Source: Anolis carolinensis (lineage: Eukaryota). Taken from it: a stretch of DNA of 64,000 nt. A model generated the notes under the pieces. The model was given only the letters and a program-made list of their open reading frames with translations, was not told the DNA's origin and made no database searches. Each line of letters starts with the position of its first letter. The first letter of the stretch is position 1. The position numbers and the translations under genes are program-made. Shown here piece by piece: positions 36,290 through 48,791 of this stretch. The stretch covers positions 22,234,782 through 22,298,781 of the forward strand of contig NC_085842.1 in NCBI RefSeq assembly GCF_035594765.1, read 5' to 3'.

Positions 36290-36424
36290 CAGTGGTTCTC
36301 AACCTGTGGATCCCCAGATGTTTTGGCCTTCAAATCCCAGAAATCCTAACAGTTGATAAATTGGCTGGGATTTCTGGGAGTTGTAGGACAAAAAAACTGG
36401 GCACCGACAGATTAAGAACCACTT
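36290..36424. mobile_element. hAT/Charlie-type MITE
   Basis: CAGTGGTTCTCAA TIR; TSD ATCTAGAG/GTCTAGAG. Confidence 0.8.
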
Positions 36425-36885
36425 GTCTAGAGATTCTTAAAGAAAAGTCTCCTCTCTGGAGAAAAAAAACCCGTTTTTTTTTTTAAAAAAATCACATTTT
36501 TGTACTTTTGCAGGGATCCTGCACCCATAACCACCATAAAAGTGAAAGGCCTAGTGTATCTCCTCCTAGTGTATCACTGCTGCATCATTTTGGGTGTTTT
36601 GCTTCTTTAAGAGATCCTCTCTTGTTTTCTCTTTTTTGAGAGTGAATAATCAACCTTCATAAAAGTGGGGGGTCTATAATATCTATTTGAAGGGAAATAA
36701 CATAAAAAGACTCTCTTTTCTACTCCACTCTCTTTTGACATCTAGCTCGTTTAAGACATCCTCTCTTGTTTGAGAATGGATAATACATCTTCACCTGGAA
36801 GCATTTCGCCATCCTCAGCTGAATGGCCAAAGAAGGCCTTTGAAACAATGGTGCCTTTGTTGTAGCAAAGTCCTTGAAATATTGG

Positions 36886-37590
36886 TTAGGCACTATTCAT
36901 AAAGTAGTTTGCCAGAGTATCTCTCACTAGCATCCCATTCTGCTGATCTTCAAGCGATGTTGGGAATGAGAGGAGTCCCTCGGGGGCCTGGTCAAACACA
37001 CTCTGGTCTTCCGAACACAGCGCATCCACCAAATCGTGCCCACGGTTTTCGCATATATTGTGGAGGACGACACACCCCACGACGACAGGGATGATATTGT
37101 CTTCCGACACCTCCAAGCGTGTGGCCAAGCATTTCCACCGGCCCTTCAGCCGCCCGAAGGCAAGTTCGGCGATCTTCTTGCAGTCCTCCAGTCGGGAGTT
37201 GAAACGCCTTTTGGACGGGTCGAGGTTGTCAGTGAAGGGAGTCATAAGCCATCGCTTCAAGGGATAGGAGGCGTCAGCCAAGATCAATGGGGGAATCTCG
37301 ACATTGCCAATGGTCAAGGTGGGATTCCCGGGCACAAAAGACCCCTGGTCCATGCCGTCGCACAGCACCTGGTTTCGGAAGAAGGAGGCGTTTTCATCTT
37401 TGCCACACCAGCTAAGTTCGATATCGACGAAACGGCCCCTGTGGTCCACAAGGGCTTGCAACGACATCGGGAAGAAGCCCTTCTGGCTGACGCTGGTCCC
37501 CTTCCGCACGGTGCAGAGGATGGGGATCTGGGTCCGGTCCACAACCCCCACGCAGTTTGGGAAGCGCATATTCGCAAATCCTGCCATGAC
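36886..37590 (-). CDS. Harbinger-derived gene coding exon 2 (DDE_Tnp_4-like domain); total 423 aa
   Basis: Acceptor TTTCTGAAG, phase 0; FPNC.GVVD, LADASYPL, LMTPF, FN..L, ELAFGRLKGRW, LHN motifs. Confidence 0.9.
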   Translation of the reverse strand, partial: VMAGFANMRFPNCVGVVDRTQIPILCTVRKGTSVSQKGFFPMSLQALVDHRGRFVDIELSWCGKDENASFFRNQVLCDGMDQGSFVPGNPTLTIGNVEIPPLILADASYPLKRWLMTPFTDNLDPSKRRFNSRLEDCKKIAELAFGRLKGRWKCLATRLEVSEDNIIPVVVGCVVLHNICENRGHDLVDALCSEDQSVFDQAPEGLLSFPTSLEDQQNGMLVRDTLANYFMNSA

Positions 37591-37656
37591 CTTCAGAAAT
37601 ATAAGGAGACAATGTTAGAAAGAGTCTGTGTGCTTAACTCCCACTACTATCTAGAT

Positions 37657-37770
37657 CAGGCATGGGCAAACTTCAGTCCTCCAGGTGTTTTGGACTTCAA
37701 CTACTGGCTGTTACGAATTGTGGGAGTTGAAGTCCAAAACACCAGGAGAGCCAAAGTTTGCTCATGCCTG
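37657..37770. mobile_element. hAT MITE in the Harbinger gene intron
   Basis: CAGGCATGGGCAAACTT TIRs; perfect 8-bp TSD ATCTAGAT. Confidence 0.9.
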
Positions 37771-39248
37771 ATCTAGATCATGGTTTCTTAAACCTTTTCC
37801 ACTAGCCATTCCTCTCCACTTGAGAAATATTTACATGACTCCAGGTATAAAAATCAAACATTTACTGAAAATAAATAGTCATTTGCCACAGTGGTCCATG
37901 CTCTTGTTACGTTGAGAATAGATTACAGCAACGCGCTCTACGTGGGGTTATCTTTGAAGACTGTTCGGAAGCTTCAAATATGTTTAATGGTTTTAATGAT
38001 TTTAATTTATAGCTATATGTGTTTAGTTATTATGATTTTTTCTATGATATGTATGTTGGCACTGAATTTCTGCCATTAATATAGTAAATAAATAAATAAA
38101 TTTGCATGGCTTGCTAAACAGGCTGATCCTTCTTTTTGTGGAGTACATTTTCAGCAGAGTCCACTGTAAACACTGCACATTGTTGCTAACAGACTTGTAT
38201 AACTGTGGGACATTCATAAAACTTTTCCTGTTGCTAATTTTTTGTGACTACAACATTGAAATAAAGGGAACTCATTTTGGGTTGGGACGCACAATTTAAG
38301 AGGTAGTAGTCTAGATTAGCAATGAGAAGTATACATCAGTCCCATAGGCATTTATATGGACAGAGGATAGCCCCATGCTGCTTTCCTTTCATAAACTGGT
38401 GGAAACATTCAGGTGTTTATATCTGAGAAAAGCAAGACAAAAATAAAGTAAATTAAAAATCAATCAGTCAATAGTTCCTTCTCAGGCTCTTATTTTCAGT
38501 AATCCCAGAACTGAAGAGATCCCAAGGACCATCCAGTCCAACTCCCATCCTGCCATGCAGAAATACATAATGAAAGCACTCCCGGCAGATGGTTATCCAG
38601 CTGGCAAGGGTTTTGTTGTTCTTTGGTAAAGTTCCATGTTCAAAGATGGCACTATATAAATAAATGATTATAATGATAGCAAGAACAACAAGAACAAAGA
38701 ATACAAAACCCCAGGCAGCTATGTCTTGGTGCAGAATTTGGGTTTTCCTCCGAGTTAGCTTAACCCATTAATGCAGTCTTGCCCTAGGTTAAGCTAGATC
38801 AGCCCCATCTGGCATTTAGTTGCCACAGGACTGTTTCATCTGCAAACTGATTATAGTACAGATGTGCCTTTAGTCTTGCAGATGTTTTGCAGGATTTCAA
38901 CTCTCAGAATTAATAACTGTTGGCCAAGATGGCCGGAGCTTCTGGAAGTTGATGTCCAAGATAGTTGGAGGACTAAAGTTTGGGAACCACTGGCCTAGAG
39001 CATCCCCAGCAAGTATCTGTCCACCTTTTTTTCATAGACATCCAGAGAAGGAGATCCTATCACCTCTCTAGGCAATTGGTTCCATTGTCAAACATCGCTT
39101 ACTACCAAGTTATTTGTAATATTCAATCAAATATTCAAACAATTAGATATGGTTTTATTCTCAGGATAAATGGCGCTGGGAAAAAGCATCCCCTTCCACA
39201 ACCTATTGGGATGATTTCAGTCCAGAAGGAACAGAGAAACCCCACAAG

Positions 39249-39485
39249 GAGTGCATCTACACTGTAGAATGAATATAGTTTGAGACCTCTTTAACTGCTA
39301 TGGCTCATTGCTGGGGGATATGAATTGGGATTTGTAATGGTATCAAATCCTGGCTGTTGTAGTTTGGTAAGGCACCAGCACTTTTTGTTCGAGGCCTTGT
39401 AAGACTACAATTCCCATGATTCCACAGCATTGAGCCATGGCAGTTAAAGTGGTATCAAACTGCATTAATTCTACAATGTGGATCA
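39249..39485. mobile_element. Harbinger-like MITE
   Basis: GTGCATCTACACTGTAGAA ... TTCTACAATGTGGATC inverted ends; related pieces at ~33326-33458, 54220-54315, 58770-58920. Confidence 0.55.
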
Positions 39486-39696
39486 ATGATTCCCAAACTC
39501 TAGTCCTCTAACTGTTTGGACTTCAACTCCTAGCAGTCTGGGCAAATGATTCTGAGAGCTAAAGTCCAAAACACTTGGAAGAGCAGAGTTTGGGAAACAT
39601 TAGCATGGATGTCTTCAATGCTGGCCGGATGACTACATGCCAATCGAACAGTGCTTTGGCCCTGAAAGCTCTCCTAATACAACTAATCAGAAGTAC

Positions 39697-40263
39697 CTCC
39701 TGAGGGTCTTTGAGAACCACCAACTTCTTGAAGAGGAGCTTCTCAATCGCCAGGCAGACTTCGATGAAGACCTCTCCGACAGTGGAGCGCCCGACTCCAA
39801 AGCGGTCAGCCACTGCCCGGTAGCATTCGGTGGTGGCCAGCTTCCAGAGGGCGATGCCTGTCCGCTTCTCCACGCTCAGCGGGGCCCTCATGGTGGTGGT
39901 CTGGCGGTGCAGCTCTGGCCGAAGTGCCTCACAGAGCTCCAGGAAGGTGTCCTTGGTCATGCGGAAGTTCTGCAGCCACTGGTCGGGGTCCCAGGTCTCC
40001 AGCACCACCCGCTCCCACCAGTCCTGGGTGATCTGGCGGGACCAGAAGCGGTGCGGCCCAGCATCCAGCTCCTCAGCAATCAGCCGGGTCTCGCTCTCAG
40101 GGCAGATATCTGGCAGGAGCTGGTGGAGGAGCGAGATGTGATGGGCCATCACCCGACGAATGGTCCTCCGGGCCCGGGCTGCGACACCCCCCCGGTGCAA
40201 GTGAAGCCGGACCAAGCTGTGGGTAGCCAGGATCACGAGGATGATCGCTTCCATGTTCTCCAT
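39697..40263 (-). CDS. PIF/Harbinger transposase-derived gene (HARBI1/ALP1-like nuclease family), coding exon 1
   Basis: Kozak ACCATGG; W..NFRM...F..LC and helix-turn-helix AL.KLAT...YR.VA.RFGVG.ST motifs; donor GAG|GTACTT; 567 nt. Confidence 0.88.
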
Positions 40264-40977
40264 GGTTAGCAGAGAATAAGAAGAGGAAGAAACCCTATAA
40301 TAACACAATTTTTGAAGTTTAGAGGCGGGAAATCCACTCTGGCTGGATCTACACTGCCCTATATACCAGGATCTGATCCCAGATTAAACTGCAAACACTT
40401 TGGTTTTTTTTACAGGACATCCTGCAGCACATTTTGCTATAATTTCTCAATTAATATCTCATCAAGTTTCAACCAATTCAACATAATTTGTGCCATGAAA
40501 ACGAAGTTCCTGGGTTATAACGACCACTTTCAAAGTAAGTATAGCACAATTAAATAGGAAATAACACTATCAGACCAGGAACAGAATTATTTTTTTCCAA
40601 ATTTGTTATATAGTGTAATAGATATCTATATATATATAAAGGTAAAGGTTTCCCCTGACATTAATTCCAGTCATGACCAACTCTGGGGGTTGGTGCTTAT
40701 CTCCATTTCTAAGCCGAAGAGCCGGCGTTGTCCATAGACACCTCCAAGGTCATGTGGCCGGCATGACTGCATGGAGCGCTGTTACCTTCCCGCTGGAGCA
40801 GTACCTATTGATCTACTCACATTTGCATGTTTTCGAACTGCTAGGTTGGCAGGAGCTGGGTCTAACAGTGGGCCCTCATTCCACTCCCGGGATTTGAACC
40901 TGGGACCTTTCGGTCTGCAAGTTCAGCAGCTCAGTGCTTTAACACACTTCGCCACTGGGGCTCCTTATATATAGATG

Positions 40978-41015
<38 letters not shown>

Positions 41016-41018
41016 AAT

Positions 41019-41059
<41 letters not shown>

Positions 41060-41572
41060 GTTTAACTTATCCAAGATAAACGGGCCGGCAGAACATTGGA
41101 TAAGTGAAAATCTTGGATAATAAGGAGGGATTAAGAAAAAAGCCTATTACACATAAAATAAAATTACATTATGATTTTACAAATTAAGCACCAAAACATC
41201 ACATTTTACAAGAAATTGACAGAAAAAGCAGTTCAATACACAGTAATGTTATGTAGTAACGAATTTAGCCCCAAAACATTGCAACATTTACTACAAAAAC
41301 AATGACTACTAAAAGGCAGACTGCCTTGGATAATACAGAAGCTTGGATAAGTGAAGCTTGGATATGTGAGACTCTACTGTACTTGCATTCTCTTTGATCC
41401 CTTAATGGCTTCAAATAGGTGGTAATATTGCAAGAAAGCATTTAAAGAGGGCAAAATGAACAAGCTGGAAGAAAAAAATGAAGGAAGAATGGGAAATTAT
41501 AGGAAATGAATTAAGTCACAGCTTAGGTTCCCCCAAAGTTTCAACCAAATAGGAAGTAAGATCTATATATTG

Positions 41573-41766
41573 CAGGCTTGGGCCAATTTGGGCCTTCCAA
41601 GTGTTTTGGACTGCAACTCCCACCATTCCTCACAGCCTCAGGCCCTTTCCTTTTCCCCCTCAGCCGCTTAAGCGGCTGAGGGGGAAAAGGAAGGGGCCTG
41701 AGGCTGTGAGGAATGGTGGGAGTTGCAGTCCAAAACACCTAGAAGGCCCAAGCTGGCCCAGGCCTG
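41573..41766. mobile_element. Fully palindromic hAT MITE
   Basis: 194-bp hairpin with the same CCGCTTAAGCGG centre; TSD not clear. Confidence 0.85.
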
Positions 41767-41779
41767 GTCTATACCTCAC

Positions 41780-42240
41780 TTGGCTTCTCTTCTATCTGGC
41801 TTCAATCTCTGCTCCTTTGCCACCCCTCAAAAAGGTTTGAAAGCTAAAGGTTTAAAACGATAGAGCAGCGTATCCTAGACTAGTATTTTCTCAACCCTCT
41901 TCTTCCACTTTGGACTTCACTTCCCAGAATCCTTGATCATAGGCCAAACCAGCTGAGGCATCTGGGAGTTGAAGTCACTTAGATCGCTGAACGTGGGGGC
42001 GTGAGCGTACGCGCTGACGTCATCCACCCTCCAACATGTTTTGGACTCCACTTCCCAGAGTTCTCTCCCATTGGCGAGCCCAAGCAGAGGCTTCTGGGAG
42101 TTGGAGTCCCAAAACCGCTGAACGGGGAACGCTTGGTCCAATGGGGAAACCGCTCTCAAGGCGTCAGGAGAGCAGGAGGCCTGGATGGGCAGGGCGCCAT
42201 TTCTTGTCCATTGTGGGGGCCAAAATGGCGCCTGCTCAAT
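41780..42240 (-). promoter_or_regulatory. Probable exon 1 and CpG promoter of the Harbinger-derived gene
   Basis: Donor CAA|GTGAGG at 41780; CRE TGACGTCA 42015-42022; CCAAT boxes ~42070 and ~42139; two YY1-like sites (GCGCCATTT ~42194, AAAATGGCG ~42222); local CpG retention. Confidence 0.6.
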
Positions 42241-43986
42241 CTTAAAGGTGAAGAGTCGTTTAAATAGCTTAGAATAAGGCAGAAAAGGAAACTCTGTAGG
42301 GGTGTTAGCTCTTCCTTATTGCTATCCAAAGCTATTTGGCTGGAGTTGAACTTAAAAAATGGATGTGAACACCTGTGGAATGTCCAGGGTGAGAGAAATA
42401 ACTCTTGTCTGAGGCAAGTTATGCTAATGCTAATTTTATATACATATACATATATATAATATACAATAATTTATAAATATATATTGTATATACATATAAT
42501 ATTGATAATAATATTATAATTTAATACATTATACTAATAATAATACAATATAATAATATTAATTATATATTGTATAATAAATGTAATATTACTAATAATA
42601 TTACTATATAATGATATAGTACAATATAGTAATTTAATGCTTATATTGTGCTATGCTAATAATATATTGTATGTACATTTGATTTGTAAGCCGCTCTGAA
42701 GTCCCCTTCGGGGTGAGAAGAGCGGGATATAAATGTAATAAAATAAATAAATAAGTGTATATGATGCAATTGGCAACCTTAATTAGCATTGAATGGCCCT
42801 GCAGCTTCAAAGACTGTCTGCTTCCTGCTTTGGGAGGAATCCTTTGTTGGGTGGTATTAGCTAGCCCAGGCTTTGAAGCTGCAAAGCTATCCAGTGCTAA
42901 TCAAGGTGGCCAATTGCAACTTCCACACTTGCCAGATATGAACCCCACTTGCCTTAGTTTCCAACAGACCTCACAACCTCTGAGAATGCTTGCCATAGAT
43001 GTGGGCAAAACATCAGGAGAGAATGCTTCTAGAACATGGCCACACAGCCCGGAAAACTCACAGCAAACCAGTGATTCTGGCCATAAAAGCCTTCAACAAC
43101 ATATCAGCAATATGTTTTATATACAGTAGAGTCTCACTAATCCAAGCTAAACGGGCCGGCAGAAGATTGGATAAGCGAATATCTTGGATAATAAGGAGGG
43201 ATTAAGGAAAAGCCTGTTAAACATCAAATTAGGTTATGATTTTACAAATTAAGCACCAAAACATCATGTTTTACGACAAATTTGACAGAAAAAGCAGTTC
43301 AATATGCAGTAATGTTATGTTGTAATTACTGTATTTACGAATTTAGCACCAAAATATCACGATATATTGAAAACATTGACTACAAAAATAGCTTGGATAA
43401 TCCAGAACGTTGGATAAGTGAGACTCTATTGTATTACAATATAGTAATTTAACGCTTATATTGTGCTATGCTAATAATATATTGTATGTACATTTGATTT
43501 GTAAGCCGCTCTGAGTCCCCTTCGGGGTGAGAAGAGCGGGATATAAATGTAATAAATAAATAAATAAATAAGTGTATATGATGCAATTGGCAACCTTGAT
43601 TAGCATTGAATGGCCGTGCAGCTTCAAAGACTGGCTGCTTCCTGCTTTGGGGGGAATCCTTTGTTGGGTGGTATTAGCTATCTCAGGCTTTGAAGCTACA
43701 AAGATATTTAATGCTAATCAAGGTGGCCAATTACAACTTCCACACTTGCCTCAAACAGACAGGAGTTCTTTTTCCCACCCTGGACATTATTCCATAGATA
43801 TATAAACCCCACTTGCCTAGTTTCCAATAGGCTTCACAACCTCTGAGGATGCCTGCCACAAATGTGGGCAAAACATGAGGAGAGAATGCTTCTGGAACAT
43901 GGCCACACAGCCCGGAAAACTCACAGCAAACCAGTGATTCCGGCCATGAAAGCCTTCGACAACATATCAGCAATATCTTCTATCTA

Positions 43987-44484
43987 TCTATATATATAAA
44001 AGAGTGATGGAATCCTGGTGACCGCCAAAACAACAAAACTAAATACCCCACAACTTCAAAAATTGACAACACAACCCATCATCTACGCCTCTAGGTTGAT
44101 ACAACAAAAAGAAAAGAAAAAGTCCTAATTAGAGGGAGAGGAATAATTGTTTTTATCCACTTGCTGCCAGTTAGAAGGCTAAGCTCCGCCCACTTGGTCT
44201 CCTAGCAACCCACTCACCCAGGGGACAGGCAGAGTTAGGCCTCACTTAAGCCTCTTCCACACTGCCTATAAAATACAGATTATCAGATTTTAACTGGATT
44301 AGGTGGCAGTGTAGACTCAAGGCCCTTCCACACAGCTATATAACCCATTTATAATCTTATATTATCTGCTTTAACTGGATTATCTGGACTCCACACCTTT
44401 ACCTTAACTACCACCAATTCCTCAATACTTTATTTCTCATACCACCATACTTCACGACAGCAATGCGTGGCCGGGCACAGCTAG
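43987..44484 (+). mobile_element. Non-autonomous Helitron
   Basis: TC...CTAG|T termini, same family. Confidence 0.8.
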
Positions 44485-44619
44485 TGTTTTATATATTTGC
44501 AGCCTTGTAGCTATTCTTGGCTCTTGAAGAAGCAACAGTATAGCCACTTTAACAAATATTATGTTGGCAAAACAAAACAAATCAAAAAACCTCAACCAAC
44601 CACAAATTAGAGAGCTGGG

Positions 44620-46885
44620 CCAAACCTAACAAAATGAATTTCAACAGGAAGATATGTACAGTAGTACATTAAGGGAGAAAAAATGAAATGCACAAATACA
44701 GGATGACTGACAGTCCATGTGAAAGGAGCCTAGGAGTCTTAGTGGACAATAAGTTGAATGTGAGTCAACAGTGTAAGGCAGAAACTTAAAAAGCCAGTGA
44801 TTCTAGGCTGCAACAATAGGAATCTAGTGTCGAGATCGAAGGAAGTCATAGTCCCAGTCTGTGATGTTTTGGTCAGACCTCACTTGGAATAATCCTTGTT
44901 TTGAGAGAAAGGCAACCAAAATGATCAAAGGTTGGAAAGCCTTTGAGTGGAGTGCCACAGGGTTCCGTCCTGGGCCCGGTTCTGTTCAACATTTTTATTA
45001 ATGACTTAGATGAAGGATTAGAAGGCAGGATCATCAAGTTTGCAGATGGGACCAAACTGGGAAGGATAGCCAATAATCCAGAAGACAGGAGCAGAATTCA
45101 AAGCGATCTTAACAGATTAGCGAGATGGGCCAAAACTAACAAAATAAAGTTCAACAGGGACAAATGCAAGATACTCCATTTAGGCGGAAAAAAATGAAAT
45201 AATAATAATAAAAATACTTTATTTATATACTGCCCTATTTCCGCAAGAGGAGATAGGTTTAGAACATAAAGTAAAACATTCAATTGTCAAAAAGGAGACC
45301 ATACAACAAAATCAAATATCAAAACATACAATCCTGCTAAACGGGACTACCCAAATTTTTCAGGGTTTTTTTTTAAAGGCTAGTTTACTCATGAATTATA
45401 ACTGATTAACCAAATCCCCATGAGTGTCCACTGAAGTTTATCAATGGAGCCCAATTTCTACATTATTTTGCATTATGGAACTACTTTTCATGATTCGCTA
45501 AAAAAAAAAATTCACCCCCCCCCCCCCATATTTTTCTTGCTATGGTCCTGTGCTAAAACAACCACAAACAATTTAAAATCCAGTTTCAAATTAGTCCAAT
45601 AGACAGGTTCAAAGTGCCAATGGCCAGAATTTCAGAATAGACATGGTCAACTATGAAAGTGGAAGTCTCTGCATCAGAGTGTGGTGGAGGCTCCTTCTTT
45701 GGAGGCTTTTAAACAGGCTGGATGGCCATCTGTTAGGGGTGCTTTGAATGCAATTTTCCTCCTTAACAGAATGGGGTTGGACTGGATGGCCCACAAGGTC
45801 TCTTCCAACTCTAGGATTCTATTATTCCAAGCCAAGCCCTCTGAGGAGTGGATTAGGGAGCTGGGTATGTTTATCTTGGAGAAAATGTTGAGGGGGAACA
45901 TGATAGTGATGCTTAAATATTTGAAAAGAATGTCCTATTGAGGAGAGTCGAGCTTCTTTTCTGCTGCCCTGAAGATTAGGATACAATGGAGCAATGGAGT
46001 CAAATTGCAGGGGGGAAAAGATTCCACCTAAACATTAGAAATAACTCCCTGATGGTAAGAGCTGTTCCACTGTGGAAAACCCTGCTGCCTTGGGGTGTGG
46101 TGGGGTCTCCTCCTCTGGAGGTCTTGAAGCAGAGACTGGATGGCCATCTGTTTGGGGTCGTTGTGATTGTGTATTCCTGCTTGGCAGAATGGGGTTAGAT
46201 TGGGTGACCCTTGGGGTCTGTTCCAACTCTAGGATTCTTTGATTTTGTGACAACCATGTGCATTTATGCTGGGATGTGCTTGTCACCTCTGAATAACTGT
46301 TTCTTCAACAAGGAGGTGACATTAATAACATTGTTAAAGCAGTAATCTCTTTTGTAACTTTTTCATCCGATGAAATAGGTGAACATTTCAACTGAACATT
46401 AGGAAGAACTTATTGACTGTAAGAGTTGTTGAACAGTGGAACTCTCTGCCTTGGAGTGTGAAGGAGGCTCCTTCTTTGGAGGCTTTAAAGCAGAGGCTGG
46501 ATTTTTTTTTGTGTGTCAAGAGCAACCGGAGTTGCTTCTGAAGTGAAAGAATTGGCTGTCTGCAAGGACATTGCCCAGGGGACGTCCGGATTTTTTTTTT
46601 GATGTTTTACCATCCTTGTGAGAAACTTCTCTCATGTCCCCGCATGGAGCTGGAGCTGATAGAGGGAGCTCATCCGCGCTCTCCCCGGGTGGGATTCGAA
46701 CCTGGCAGCTTTCAGGTGAGCAACCCAACCTTCAAGTCACGAGGCTTTTATCCCCTAGGCCACTGGAGGCTCTAGAGGCTGGATGGCCATCTGTCATGGG
46801 TGCTTCGATTGTGCTTTTCCTGCCTGGCAGAATGGGATAGGATTGGATGTCCCATATGGTCTCTTCTAACTCTATGATTCTATGA
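44620..46885 (+). mobile_element. Pile of CR1 LINE fragments (plus a SINE at ~46513-46760)
   Basis: SGVPQGSVLGPVLFNIFINDL RT at 44943-45197; several CR1 3' ends (TCTTCCAACTCTA..ATTCTAT). Confidence 0.8.
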
Positions 46886-46940
46886 ACATCCACAAAACAT
46901 TATGTGCCACCATCCACATTTTGGATATTGCTACGTTTCT

Positions 46941-47806
46941 TTATAGAATCATATTGGAAGGTTGCTTTGCACATGTATATCCTTTCTCCCCAGTGTGCAT
47001 TTTTTCATGCTTGACGAGGTTTCCTTTCTGACTAAAGCTTCTCCCACATTCCCTGCATGTAAAGGGTCTCTCGCCGGTGTGGATTCTCTCGTGTATCATC
47101 AGGTTTCCCTTCTGATTGAAGCTCTTCCCACACTCAGAGCACTGAAACGGCCTCTCTCCCTTGTGGATCCGTTCGTGGACGGCGAGGTTGGAGGTATCTG
47201 TGAAACTTTTGGGGCACCACACACATTTAAATGGCTTCCTCCCCGAATGAATCTTCTCGTGCCTCATCAGGATTCCTCTGCGGCTGAAACGGCGTCCACA
47301 ATCGGAGCACTTGTACGGCTTCTCTCCTTTGTGGATTCTCTCGTGTGCGGTAAGGTTGGAGCTGTTCGCAAAGCTCTTCTCGCACACGGAGCATTTGTAA
47401 GGTTTCTCTCCAGTGTGCACCCTCTCATGCTTCTTCAGAGCTCCCTTATCACGGAAAACCTTCCCACACTCCGAGCATTTATACACTTTCCTTCCTCGTC
47501 GGGATCGTTCGCCGGCTCCAAAGTCTGCACTGCCACTAGAGTTTTTTCCAGGGAAATGGATTTCTTCATGTGTTCTGGTTTCTGCTCGATCAAATGTTTT
47601 TCCAACTTTGGGAAGACTTTTATCCATCTCCTTATCTAGATGGACTACATGGTCACCTGCTAGTCCCTGCTGACTCCTGTAACTAATTCTTTCTCCATAG
47701 TATTGTGTGATCTTGCTTCTTCCATGCACCGGATCTCTTAATTCCAATTGTTCTGGGCTATGTTTCTGAAAAGTACCTTCCTTATTGCCAAGGACCTTTT
47801 CCCTTC
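46941..47806 (-). CDS. Gene E coding exon 3 (6 intact tandem C2H2 fingers); full protein 618 aa
   Basis: Acceptor TTTTTGTGCAG; TGEKP-type linkers; in frame with ORF 46941..47936. Confidence 0.92.
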
Positions 47807-48154
47807 CTGCACAAAAATAAAACAATCCAAAACAAAGAAATATTAGAAGAATTCCCATTGCTAGGATCAACGGGGCAGTGAAACCATTCCAGGTTTTGGA
47901 TAGCTTTAAATGAGCAACCGAAGGGGGCATCTCCACTGTAAAATTAATGCAGCTTCTGTGAAGTTTGCAGGCATACCAACTTTATGAAGAGGCACTTTAT
48001 TTTCAATGGACCCTTGTCAATTTTCAGAAGTGATGGCAATACTAAATATTTATTTGTCATAACTGGAAAGTTTCTGTATGGTTACACATCAATTGTACCT
48101 AGGATCATAAATCACACTTATCTCCCAAAATACCATAATAGAAAGGGCTTCAAT

Positions 48155-48790
48155 TCTGTCCTCCATGCTGTTTAACATTTACATGAAACCACTGGGAGAG
48201 ATCATCCAGAGTTTTGGAGTTTGGTATCAAATTTATGCGAATGACACCCAACCCTATTACTCCTTTCCACCAAAAGCCAAGGATGCTGTCCTGGTCCTGA
48301 ATTGGTGCCTGTCATCAGTAATGGACTGGATGAGGGCTAACAATTTGAAATTAAATCCAGACAAGACAGAGGTATTCCTGATCACTCGTAAGGCGGACCA
48401 GGGTGTGGGATTACAGCCTGTGTTGGATGGGGTCACACTTCCCCTGAAGACACAGATGCATAGTCTGGGGGTGCTCCTGGACTCGGCTCTGACACTTTAA
48501 CCACAGGTGTCGGCACCTTTGTACAATTAAAGTTTGTGCGCCAGCTGCGCCCATACCTTGGGATGCCAGATCTGGCCATGGTTGTCCACGCTTTAGTCAC
48601 AACCCGCTTGGACTACTGCAATGCTCTCTATGTGGGGCTGCCTTTGAAGATAGTTCAGAAGCTGCAACCTGTTCAAAGATTGGCAGCCAGGTTACTAACT
48701 AGAGTGTATTGTGAGAGAACTACTTCATAGTGCGGCAGCTCCATTGGCTGCCAGTCTGCTTCCGGGCTAAATACAAAGTGCAGGTCATCT
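48155..48790 (+). mobile_element. L2 LINE RT fragment
   Basis: LFNIYMKPLG..YANDTQ..W...N.LKLNPDKTE, HALVTTRLDYCNALY; frameshifted. Many isolated L2-type tails elsewhere (e.g. 95-160, 12710-12760, 33110-33170). Confidence 0.8.
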
Positions 48791-48791
48791 A

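Noticed and set aside
36886-40263. Assigning the symbol HARBI1
   Set aside because: Same family, but the sequence looks like a different Harbinger lineage; orthology cannot be shown without a search.
40341-40390. GGCTGGATCTACAC as the TIR of the Harbinger gene's parent element
   Set aside because: It points away from the gene, matches a dispersed MITE (cf. 58783-58810), and has no partner beyond the 3' end.
37036-47639. Long plus-strand ORFs (37036-37776, 39637-40269, 46962-47639) and similar ones opposite ZNF and gag
   Set aside because: Antisense shadows of GC-rich coding exons with no recognisable motifs.
47807-47936. Hydrophobic, membrane-like N-terminus on the 331-aa ZNF ORF
   Set aside because: Translation of the intronic polypyrimidine tract upstream of the acceptor at 47806; the same applies to MFCIFVSLS on A and B.
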